64,000 nt of DNA. Source: an uncultured Anaerolineaceae bacterium (GTDB lineage Bacteria > Chloroflexota > Anaerolineae > Anaerolineales > UBA11579). This document shows positions 42,301 through 50,150 of the stretch, piece after piece; position 1 is the first letter of the stretch; each line of letters begins with the position of its first letter. The notes under the pieces are model-generated. The model was not told where the DNA came from and did no database searches. It saw only the letters and a list, made by a program, of their open reading frames with translations. The stretch spans positions 126,081 to 190,080 of the forward strand of contig CAZUTS010000002.1 in NCBI GenBank assembly GCA_964623375.1. The letters run 5' to 3'. The position numbers and the translations under genes are program-made.

Positions 42301-44877
42301 ATGAGCAACGAGCCTTCGCTCAATGAGGCCCTTACCCCCGTACGCCAGCAATATCTGGATATCAAGCGCCAGCATCCCGGGGCTATTTTGTTCTTCCGCC
42401 TGGGCGACTTTTACGAAACCTTTGACGAAGATGCCGAGCTGGTGGCCAAAGAGCTGGATATTGTGCTCACCTCGCGCAATGTGGCCAAAGGGGCGCGTGT
42501 GCCCATGGCGGGTGTGCCGCACCACGCTGCTGAGAGCTACCTGGCGCGCCTGATCGAGCGCGGCCACCATGTGGCCATTTGTGAGCAGGTGGGCACCGAG
42601 CCCATTAAGGGGCTGATGCCGCGCGAAGTAGTGCGCATCGTCACCCCTGGCACCGTGGTGGAGCCCGGCCTGCTGCCCGGCGATGCTAACAATTACCTGG
42701 CCGCCGCTCTGGTGCACGAGGGGCGCGCTGGCCTGGCCTATGCCGACCTCACCACCGGTGAGTTTGCTGCCACGGAGTTGGACGCCGCCGCCCTGCGCGC
42801 AGAGCTCGGCCGCCTGGCGCCGGCCGAGACGGTGCATATTGACAAAGAACTCGATCTGCTAGGGCTGCCGGGGCACGGCAGCGCCTGGCCAGCCTATCGT
42901 TTCGAGCCCGCCCGCGCCAGGGATGCGCTGCTCACCCACTTCAAGACCAGCACGCTGCAGAGCTATGGCTTGGACAGTCGCCCGTTGGCGGCGCGTGCCG
43001 CCGGGGCGCTGTTGCAATATGTGCAAGAGACCCAGCCCACCAGCCTGGCGCTGCTGAATAGCTTGCGCGCCTATACGCTGGATGAGTTCATGAACTTGGA
43101 TGCTTCCGCGCGGCGAAATCTGGAGCTCACCGAGACGCTGCGCGGCGAGCAAGCCGGCTCGCTGCTGGGCACGCTCGACCGCGCCGTCACGCCGATGGGG
43201 CGCCGCTTGCTGCGCCAATGGGTGGGCAAGCCGCTGCTGGAGTTGGACGCCATTCACGCCCGCCAGGAGGGTGTGGCCTGGCTGCATGGCGACGGCATGC
43301 GCCGCGCTGAGCTGCGTAGCGCGCTCAAACCGCTAGGTGACCTGGAGCGCATGGTCAACCGCGTGCTGGGCGGCACTGCCCAGCCGCGTGACCTGGCCGC
43401 CATGCGCAGCACGCTGGAGGCGTTGCCAGCCGTACTCAAGCTCGCCTTGGATCTCAAATCTCCAGTTGCCAATCTCTTGGTCGGTTTATTAGACTGTGCT
43501 GCTGAGCTCAAACTCCTGCAATCCGCCATCGCCGACGAACCACCTGCTGTGCTTGGACATATGGGCGTGATCCGCGCCGGATATTCCAGCGAGCTTGACG
43601 AGTTGATGGCGGCAACCAGCCATGCGCGCGAATGGATCGCCAATTTGGAAGCGGCCGAACGTGATCGTACTGGCATCAAGTCGCTCAAGGTGGGCTACAA
43701 CCGAGTGCACGGCTATTACATTGAGGTCACCAAAGCCAAGGACGATGGCAACTTGCCCGCCGAGTACATTCGCAAGCAGACGCTGGTGAATGCCGAGCGC
43801 TACATCACGCCCGAGATGAAAGAGGTGGAGACGCAGGTGCTCAATGCCGAGGAACGCATCTTGGCGGTCGAGACGCGCGTGTTCAAGGAGCTGTGCGCGC
43901 AGCTGGCCGCCAGCGCCGAGCTGCTGCTGGCCTGCGCCCGTGCGCTGGCCACGCTGGATGTGCTCGCCGCGCTGGCCGAAGTGGCCGCGCTGATGGGCTA
44001 TGTACGCCCCAGCGTGAAAGACGATGGCTCGCTAAACATCATCGCTGGCCGCCACCCTGTCGTCGAGCGCTGGCTGCCCGCCCAAGAGCGCTTTGTGCCC
44101 AACGACACCGTGTTTGAGGATGGTGAGTGTGTGCGCCTGATCACTGGCCCCAACATGAGCGGTAAGTCTACGTATCTGCGCCAGGTGGCGCTGATCGTGC
44201 TGCTGGCGCAGATGGGAAGCTTTGTGCCCGCCGAGAGCGCAAGCATTGGCCTGGTGGATCGCATCTTTACGCGCATCGGCGCGCAGGATGAGTTGCATGC
44301 CGGCCACTCCACCTTCATGGTTGAGATGGTGGAGACGGCCAGCATCCTCAACCATGCCACCTCGCGAAGTTTGCTGATCCTGGATGAAATCGGCCGCGGC
44401 ACCAGCACCTATGACGGCCTCTCGATCGCCTGGTCGGTGATCGAATACATTCACAACGAGCCGCGCCTCAAAGCCCGCACCCTGTTCGCCACGCATTATC
44501 ACGAGCTTACCGCGCTGGCTGATAGTCTGCCCGGCGTGCGCAATTACAACGTTGCGGTCAGCGAAGCCGATGGCAACGTAGTGTTCTTGCACAAGATCGT
44601 GCCCGGCGGGGCTGACCGCTCGTACGGCATCCACGTCGGCCAGCTGGCCGGGTTGCCGCGTCCTGTGCTATCGCGGGCGCAGGAGATATTGGCCGAACTC
44701 GAGACCAATGGGCAGCAGCCCGCAGCTGGCGGGCTAGCGGCCCGCGAGCACCAGGCGCCGCTTTTTGCATTGGAACACCCCCTGGCTGAGGAGCTCAGGA
44801 AACTAGACCTGGACGGCTTGTCGCCGATCGAGGCGCTGAACAAGCTCGCTGAATGGAAGCGTAAGTTCAGTAAGTAG
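42301..44877 (+). CDS. mutS: DNA mismatch repair protein MutS
   Basis: 'TPVRQQYLDIKRQHPGAILFFRLGDFYETF', 'ITGPNMSGKSTYLRQ', 'DEIGRGTSTYDG'. Confidence 0.97.
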   Translation: MSNEPSLNEALTPVRQQYLDIKRQHPGAILFFRLGDFYETFDEDAELVAKELDIVLTSRNVAKGARVPMAGVPHHAAESYLARLIERGHHVAICEQVGTEPIKGLMPREVVRIVTPGTVVEPGLLPGDANNYLAAALVHEGRAGLAYADLTTGEFAATELDAAALRAELGRLAPAETVHIDKELDLLGLPGHGSAWPAYRFEPARARDALLTHFKTSTLQSYGLDSRPLAARAAGALLQYVQETQPTSLALLNSLRAYTLDEFMNLDASARRNLELTETLRGEQAGSLLGTLDRAVTPMGRRLLRQWVGKPLLELDAIHARQEGVAWLHGDGMRRAELRSALKPLGDLERMVNRVLGGTAQPRDLAAMRSTLEALPAVLKLALDLKSPVANLLVGLLDCAAELKLLQSAIADEPPAVLGHMGVIRAGYSSELDELMAATSHAREWIANLEAAERDRTGIKSLKVGYNRVHGYYIEVTKAKDDGNLPAEYIRKQTLVNAERYITPEMKEVETQVLNAEERILAVETRVFKELCAQLAASAELLLACARALATLDVLAALAEVAALMGYVRPSVKDDGSLNIIAGRHPVVERWLPAQERFVPNDTVFEDGECVRLITGPNMSGKSTYLRQVALIVLLAQMGSFVPAESASIGLVDRIFTRIGAQDELHAGHSTFMVEMVETASILNHATSRSLLILDEIGRGTSTYDGLSIAWSVIEYIHNEPRLKARTLFATHYHELTALADSLPGVRNYNVAVSEADGNVVFLHKIVPGGADRSYGIHVGQLAGLPRPVLSRAQEILAELETNGQQPAAGGLAAREHQAPLFALEHPLAEELRKLDLDGLSPIEALNKLAEWKRKFSK

Positions 44878-44898
44878 CTTTATTGTCTGGGGTTGAGG

Positions 44899-45639
44899 CT
44901 ATTCGTCGATCTGGAACTCAAAGACCCAGGGGCCGCGAACACCGTTCAGGTCTAGAAAGAATTCACTATCCATAAGTGCCTGTGCTTCACGTTCGTTCAT
45001 CGAGCTGGGCCAGGCAACTATCTTTAGCCCTGAACTGACCCCGCCGCCTTCATGTTCTTGTAGAAAGCAATCCGCCTCGAGCTCGGCGTGATGCCTAGCC
45101 AGCAGCGTATTGACCCGCGCCAGATACGCCGGGTCACATATCTCCGACTCATACGGCTCGGCTATCAGGGCGCCGATGTGCACGGTAATAGCTTGGTCGG
45201 TTGGCAATATCTCCAGCGGGCGCACAAGGTCACAGCGCACGCCGCCGCCATCGTTCTGGTCAGCCTCCATGCGCTCTTCGCCAAGTGTGATCACATTTTG
45301 CTGCCCATCCACAGCAGGCAGACGAAGTTCGATCAGCACCATTTCCACAGCCTGTGAATTTTGCAAGCCTGCGGTGATCTCAACATTCGAGATCATCCAG
45401 CTACGTGCATCCGGGATTTCGTAGCACACGTCTAGCGCGATGCGGCCATTCTCCAGGCGAAAATCGCTGGCCTCAATTCGGATACCGTTCACATCCTGGA
45501 CTTGTTGCTCCGGGTCGTGGGATAGAGGCTCAAGTTGGTTGTTGGGCGTAGGAGGCTGCGGCGCTTGCTGTTGGGGTGCGGGAGTGCAGGCGGCAATGAT
45601 GAAGCAAGCTGCTATCAGGAAGATGGCTAGCTTTTTCAT
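44899..45639 (-). CDS. Lipoprotein, hypothetical
   Basis: 246 aa. 'MKKLAIFLIAACFIIAAC' lipobox. No motif recognised. Confidence 0.6.
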   Translation of the reverse strand: MKKLAIFLIAACFIIAACTPAPQQQAPQPPTPNNQLEPLSHDPEQQVQDVNGIRIEASDFRLENGRIALDVCYEIPDARSWMISNVEITAGLQNSQAVEMVLIELRLPAVDGQQNVITLGEERMEADQNDGGGVRCDLVRPLEILPTDQAITVHIGALIAEPYESEICDPAYLARVNTLLARHHAELEADCFLQEHEGGGVSSGLKIVAWPSSMNEREAQALMDSEFFLDLNGVRGPWVFEFQIDE

Positions 45640-45645
45640 AGACCG

Positions 45646-45651
45646 ATTCTA
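45646..45651 (-). promoter_or_regulatory. -10 box TAGAAT 6 nt upstream of ATG 45639; leaderless-type
   Basis: Minus strand: gaTAGAATcggtctATG. Confidence 0.4.
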
Positions 45652-45660
45652 TCGTCTGGA

Positions 45661-46395
45661 TTATGGAATGTGCTTAGCCCACACCCCCGTAAACTCAGGC
45701 ACGCGTTGCCAGCCATTGGCACGCACGCGCTCGGCCATCTCTTCGCCAAAGAAGAAGGTGCACAGTTCAACGGCGCGCTCCACGCTGCCAAAATCGTAGT
45801 CGGTGGCCACGGTGGTACGCACGAAGCCATGCTCGTTTTCCAGCCAGGCGTAGTAGGCTGCCAGCCCAGCGTGCGGCGGGGCGGGCTGCAGCACGCCAGT
45901 GCCCAGCGTTTCCATAATGATCAACGTGCCGCCGGGTTTGACCGTGCGTTGCATTTCGGCGATGGCGCGGCCAGCGTGCTGCTGCCAGGCATCGGGATAC
46001 CAACCCACCAGGTGCCCGAAGGCCCAGCCGGCCGTGACCACATCGGCCCAGCCGCTGGCGAAGGGGGTCTGGCGGCCGTCGGCTTGCACGAGGGGCCAGC
46101 TGGCTTGGGGATTGCTTCGCTCGCTAGCGCTCGCTCGCAAAGACGCGTCTTCCATTTGCTTCTTTTGCTCACGCAGCATAGCCATGTGCAGATCAGAGGC
46201 CACGATGTGGCAATCCAGCCCGCGCAGCAGCAACGGGATGCGCCCGCTGCCACTGCCAAGGTCGAGCAGACGTGCACCAGCCAGCGGGGTGATGGCTTGC
46301 AAGGCGGGCAGCAAATTACCGTCGGTGTCCTCGGCGGCGATCAGCGCATGGTAGGCGGCGGCTTTGTTGGTATAGACGTTGCGGAAGTGATCCAT
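45661..46395 (-). CDS. Class I SAM-dependent methyltransferase
   Basis: 244 aa. Motif I 'RLLDLGSGSGR', 'VKPGGTLII'. Contains an in-frame repeat-derived insert. Confidence 0.8.
   Translation of the reverse strand: MDHFRNVYTNKAAAYHALIAAEDTDGNLLPALQAITPLAGARLLDLGSGSGRIPLLLRGLDCHIVASDLHMAMLREQKKQMEDASLRASASERSNPQASWPLVQADGRQTPFASGWADVVTAGWAFGHLVGWYPDAWQQHAGRAIAEMQRTVKPGGTLIIMETLGTGVLQPAPPHAGLAAYYAWLENEHGFVRTTVATDYDFGSVERAVELCTFFFGEEMAERVRANGWQRVPEFTGVWAKHIP
46107..46144. repeat. Family-A-like repeat in frame inside the methyltransferase CDS
   Basis: ggggattgcttcgctcgctagcgctcgctcgcaaagac. Its reverse complement gtctttgcgagcgagcgctagcgagcgaagcaatcccc matches the gtcattgcgag...gaagcaatc pattern. 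Encodes 'SLRASASERSNPQ'. Confidence 0.65.
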
Positions 46396-46420
46396 TTGTT
46401 TAGTCCAGTAAATGCTTCAA

Positions 46421-46465
46421 GGAGATTGGAGATTGGAAATTTTACAAACCAATCTCCAGTCTCTA
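46421..46465. repeat. 'GGAGATTGG / CCAATCTCC' hairpin element
   Basis: ggagattggagattgg-aaattttacaaa-ccaatctccagtctc. The 15-mer ccaatctccagtctc recurs inside the CDS at 49613-49627. Confidence 0.65.
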
Positions 46466-46469
46466 CTCC

Positions 46470-47348
46470 CTATCCTGCAATGATTTCCTTCAAATACGCT
46501 ATATGCTCTGGCGTAGTGCCGCAGCAGCCGCCGATGAGCGTGGCGCCGTCCGCCAGCCATTGGCGGGCGAACTCGGCATAGCCTTCGGGCTGCTCGGCCG
46601 CGGTGGGGTCCCAGTTCACGTAGTCCTCGGTCTCGCTGGGGTTGGCATAGGCGCTGATGGGTAAGCTGGTGGCGGCGCGCAACTCGTGCAGCGCGTTGTG
46701 CAAATAGGGCGCAGCCGTACAATTGATGCCAATGAAGGCTGGGCCGTGCGGTTCGATGGCGCGGGCCGCATCGGCGATGCTCTCGCCCGAGAACAGGCGG
46801 CCGTCCAGCTTGCAGATAAAGCTCACGCCAAAGGGTAGGCCAGTAGCCTTGGCGGCTTCGGCGGCAGCTTCAGTCTCAGCAATGTCCTTCATCGTCTCGA
46901 GCAGGAGTAAATCCACGCCGGCGGCTGCCAGCGTGCGGGCGATCTCGCCGTGCTCGCGCAGGTAGACCTCGCGCGGCAACGGCGCCATCGTATAGCTATC
47001 CTCCAGCGGGGCAATGCCGCCGGCCACATAGGCGGGTTTACCGCTGGCACGCACCGCCGCCTGGGCGATGGCGACCGCCAGCGTGGTCAGGCGGGCGGCT
47101 TCATCGCCCAGGCCGACCTGCTCAAGATTACGGCGATGCGTACGGAAGGTGTTGGTGATGATAACTTCGGCGCCCGCATCGAGATAGTCACGGTGCACCT
47201 GCTCTACTAGCTTGGGCGACTCGAGCAGCGCCAGCGCGCTCCAGATGGAGGTGCTGGTGTCGATGCCGCGGTGCTGCAATTCGGTGCCGGTTGCGCCGTC
47301 TAAGAGGATGGGGCGGGGGTCAGCCAGACGTTGTAGAAAGCGATTCAT
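46470..47348 (-). CDS. Homocysteine S-methyltransferase (MmuM/YbgG family)
   Basis: 292 aa. 'LLDGATGTEL', 'INCTAAP', 'GGCCGTTPEHI' Zn-binding Cys motifs. Confidence 0.85.
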   Translation of the reverse strand: MNRFLQRLADPRPILLDGATGTELQHRGIDTSTSIWSALALLESPKLVEQVHRDYLDAGAEVIITNTFRTHRRNLEQVGLGDEAARLTTLAVAIAQAAVRASGKPAYVAGGIAPLEDSYTMAPLPREVYLREHGEIARTLAAAGVDLLLLETMKDIAETEAAAEAAKATGLPFGVSFICKLDGRLFSGESIADAARAIEPHGPAFIGINCTAAPYLHNALHELRAATSLPISAYANPSETEDYVNWDPTAAEQPEGYAEFARQWLADGATLIGGCCGTTPEHIAYLKEIIAG

Positions 47349-47354
47349 GGGTGA

Positions 47355-47360
47355 ATTTTA
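47355..47360 (-). promoter_or_regulatory. -10 box TAAAAT 6 nt upstream of ATG 47348; leaderless-type
   Basis: Minus strand: gtTAAAATtcacccATG. Confidence 0.4.
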
Positions 47361-47407
47361 ACCACAGATAAACACGGATGCACGCAGAAAGACCAAGGCA
47401 AAACCAT

Positions 47408-47480
47408 AACCACAAAGGCACAAAGAGCACAAAGTTGCTTTCCCTCGATTCTTCTTTGTGTCCTTTGTGTCTTTGTGGTT
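47408..47480. repeat. Long imperfect hairpin of the 'AACCACAAAGNCACAAAG' element in a divergent promoter region
   Basis: aaccacaaaggcacaaagagcacaaag ... ctttgtgtcctttgtgtctttgtggtt (24/27 complementary). Confidence 0.75.
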
Positions 47481-47485
47481 GCTTT

Positions 47486-47491
47486 TATAAT
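47486..47491 (+). promoter_or_regulatory. -10 box TATAAT 6 nt upstream of ATG 47498 (3 nt upstream of ATG 47495)
   Basis: gcttTATAATctcATGATGctt. Confidence 0.45.
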
Positions 47492-47497
47492 CTCATG

Positions 47498-47617
47498 ATG
47501 CTTAAACGCCTACTCTCCCGCGAGAATCTCTACGCGGTACTGCTCTGCCTGATTGTGATTGCGTTGCTGATCGTCACCAGTGACAGCGCCCCGCTGTGGA
47601 TCTATCAAGGCTTTTAG
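47498..47617 (+). CDS. DltX-like micro-protein (39 aa, single TM, C-terminal WIYQGF)
   Basis: MLKRLLSRENLYAVLLCLIVIALLIVTSDSAPLWIYQGF*. The stop lies 1 nt before a TTG in the MBOAT frame. The upstream part of track ORF 47378-47617 is the hairpin repeat. Confidence 0.6.
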   Translation: MLKRLLSRENLYAVLLCLIVIALLIVTSDSAPLWIYQGF

Positions 47618-49016
47618 TTTGACACTCCATCAGATCCTGCTCTTTGCAGTTATAGGCCTCTTGGCTGGCCGAACCTATGCCCGTATCAGCCGCGCCTGGC
47701 TGTTGTTCGCTGCCTCGGCGCTGGCGGTTTTCTGGCTGCAGCCCGCCGCACTGGTGCGCGGCTTTGATTTCTGGCTGCCCGCCGCCAGCCTAAGTTTGGC
47801 GGCCATCGTCTGGGGGCTCACCTTGCCAGCCGGTGCCAGCTTCACGCGTGAAGACAAGCTGGCCGCGGGCGGACTCGCCCTCGGTGGCCTGCTGCTGGCG
47901 GCCACGCGCTATCTGCCCACACCGCTGCTCACCGCCAGCCGCCCACCGCAGTTGGAGCTGGTGTTGGCACTCGCAGTCGTGCTGGGCGTGCTGGCTTGGC
48001 TGGCTGCCCGTTTGGGCCGCGGCCGTGCTGCCGTCCTGGGCGCTGCTACGCTGGCCGTGTTGGCCGCGCTGGTCGCCCTCAAGGCTGAGCCGCTGGCGCA
48101 CAGCCTGAACGCGGCACTGCGCAGCCTCAGCGGGCAGGATGCTGCGTTGGCCACCGCCTTTGACCTAAACTGGCTGGGTTTCTCGTATATCGCCTTTCGG
48201 TTGGTACATGCGCTGCGTGACCGTGCCGCCGGACGCCTGGGGCAGTATGGCCTGCGTGACTTTGTCACTTACATTACCTTCTTCCCCGCACTCACTGCTG
48301 GCCCGATTGAGCGCGTGGAGCGTTTCGTGCCGCAAGTGCAGGCCAGCTTTCTGCTCGGAGCGGCCGAGCTGTATGCCGCAGGCCAGCGCTTGGTAACCGG
48401 CCTGTTCATGAAATTTGTGCTGGCCGATGCGCTGGCCTACTTTGCCCTCAATCCGGCGCTGGGCGCGCAGACCACCTCCACGTTATGGATGTGGGTGCTG
48501 CTGCTTGCATATGCCTGGCGCATCTTCTTCGATTTTGCGGGCTACACCCACATTGCCATCGGCCTGGGTCTGTTATTTGGCGTGCGTCTGCCAGAGAACT
48601 TTGCCCGCCCCTACAGCCAGCCCAATCTCACCGCCTTCTGGAACAGTTGGCACATCACGCTGGCGCAGTGGTTCCGTGCTTACTTCTTCAACCCGCTCAC
48701 GCGCTTTCTGCGCACGCACCAATGGCCCGTATGGGCTGTGGTGCTGGTGGGGCAGGTGAGCACGATGGCGCTCATCGGCTTGTGGCACGGCGTCACATGG
48801 AACTTTCTCATCTGGGGCCTGTGGCACGGCATCGGCTTGTTCGCCCACAGCCAGTTCGCCGCTGCCCGCAAAGGCGCAGCGGCGCCCGCCCGCTGGCAGC
48901 ACGCGCTATCAGTGCTGGCAACTTTCATCTATGTAGCCCTGGGCTGGGTGTGGTTCGTACTGCCGCAGCCAGCGCAGGCCTTGCACGTGCTGCGTGTGCT
49001 GTTTGGACTGAGCTAA
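47580..49016 (+). CDS. MBOAT family membrane O-acyltransferase (DltB/AlgI-like)
   Basis: 'FPALTAGPIERVERF', 'FFDFAGYTHIAIGLGLLFGVRLPENFARPYSQPNLTAFWNSWHITLAQWFRAYFFNPL', 'GLWHG'. Start ambiguous: GTG 47580 (overlapping) or TTG 47619. Confidence 0.85.
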   Translation: MTAPRCGSIKAFSLTLHQILLFAVIGLLAGRTYARISRAWLLFAASALAVFWLQPAALVRGFDFWLPAASLSLAAIVWGLTLPAGASFTREDKLAAGGLALGGLLLAATRYLPTPLLTASRPPQLELVLALAVVLGVLAWLAARLGRGRAAVLGAATLAVLAALVALKAEPLAHSLNAALRSLSGQDAALATAFDLNWLGFSYIAFRLVHALRDRAAGRLGQYGLRDFVTYITFFPALTAGPIERVERFVPQVQASFLLGAAELYAAGQRLVTGLFMKFVLADALAYFALNPALGAQTTSTLWMWVLLLAYAWRIFFDFAGYTHIAIGLGLLFGVRLPENFARPYSQPNLTAFWNSWHITLAQWFRAYFFNPLTRFLRTHQWPVWAVVLVGQVSTMALIGLWHGVTWNFLIWGLWHGIGLFAHSQFAAARKGAAAPARWQHALSVLATFIYVALGWVWFVLPQPAQALHVLRVLFGLS

Positions 49017-49019
49017 ACA

Positions 49020-50150
49020 ATGGAAACGCAACCCATCTCCCCTTTACGCTTATTGGCTAAGGCCGCTCTTCTTTTCCTTGGCCTGAATATGCTGTTTGCC
49101 GCCATCCATCCGATGCCCGCGCTCGGTGGGCTGAGCCTGTACAACCGCGTGCTGCCCGGGCGCCAACGTTTGCCGTATGGCGACGATCCACAGCGCTCGT
49201 ACAACCTGAACCTGTATAGCGTCGAGGCCATGTTTGCCAGCCATGTGCTGGCTGGCACGCCCAAGGCAGCGGATGAGTACCGCGTCTTTGTCATCGGCGA
49301 TTCGTCGGTATGGGGCTTCCTGCTTGAGAACAAAGATACGTTAGCAGCGCAGCTCAACGCCGCCAACTTGCACAGTGCCGATGGCCGCCGCGTGGTCTTC
49401 TACAACCTCGGCCATCCGACGATCTCGCTGACCAAGGACCTGACGATCTTGGACGCGGCGATGCAATACCAGCCTGACCTTATCCTGTGGCCGACCACGC
49501 TCGAGGCCTTCCCGTGGGAGAAGCAGCTCGCCTCACCGCTGGTGCAGAACAATCCCCAGCGCATTTCCACGTTGGTTACTAATTACCAATTACCAATCAG
49601 TGTGTCTCAATCTCCAATCTCCAGTCTCGACTCTTTGGTTTCCAAACTCTTCTTTATCTCCCAGCGTCGTAATCTAGCCGACCTGCTGCGCTTGCAGCTC
49701 TACGGCTTCGCCTGGGCTGCCACCGGCATTGATGTCTACATTCCTGAGGAATACGAGCGCCACGCAATAGACCTTGAAGCCAGCGAGACCTACGGCAGCC
49801 TGCAGCCGCCGCTGCTGGCCAGCCAGCTGGCCTTCGATGTGCTGGCGGCCGGGGTGGCGCGCGCTGGCGATGTGCCCGTGCTGATCATCAACGAGCCCAT
49901 CTTCGTCAGTGATGGCGCCAACAGCAACATGCGCTACAACTCCTTCTATCCCCGCTGGGCCTACGATGGCTACCGCAGCCTGCTGGCCACCGAGGCCGAG
50001 GCGCAGGGCTGGCACTACGCTGACCTGTGGCAGGCCGCCGCCAACGATGAGTTCACCAATACGCCAATTCACCTGACCCCGCAGGGTACACTTCAACTAA
50101 CTTATGAACTCCTCAAGACGCTCTCTACCCAGTTTGACCTCACTCCCTAA
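49020..50150 (+). CDS. N-terminally anchored SGNH/GDSL-like protein (DltD/AlgJ-X functional analogue)
   Basis: 376 aa. TM 'LLAKAALLFLGLNMLFAAI', block I 'RVFVIGDSSVWG', C-terminal 'TNTPIHLTPQG' (block V-like). Confidence 0.6.
   Translation: METQPISPLRLLAKAALLFLGLNMLFAAIHPMPALGGLSLYNRVLPGRQRLPYGDDPQRSYNLNLYSVEAMFASHVLAGTPKAADEYRVFVIGDSSVWGFLLENKDTLAAQLNAANLHSADGRRVVFYNLGHPTISLTKDLTILDAAMQYQPDLILWPTTLEAFPWEKQLASPLVQNNPQRISTLVTNYQLPISVSQSPISSLDSLVSKLFFISQRRNLADLLRLQLYGFAWAATGIDVYIPEEYERHAIDLEASETYGSLQPPLLASQLAFDVLAAGVARAGDVPVLIINEPIFVSDGANSNMRYNSFYPRWAYDGYRSLLATEAEAQGWHYADLWQAAANDEFTNTPIHLTPQGTLQLTYELLKTLSTQFDLTP
49574..49633. repeat. Intergenic-type low-complexity repeat in frame inside the SGNH CDS
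   Basis: ggttactaattaccaattaccaatcagtgtgtctcaatctccaatctccagtctcgactc. Encodes 'LVTNYQLPISVSQSPISSLDS'. Shares ccaatctccagtctc with 46449-46463. Confidence 0.6.

Noticed and set aside
47378-47494. N-terminal half of track ORF 47378-47617 ('MHAERPRQNHNHKGTKSTKLL...').
   Set aside because: It is the translation of the CACAAAG hairpin repeat and lies upstream of the TATAAT box. Only the last 39-40 codons are a plausible peptide.
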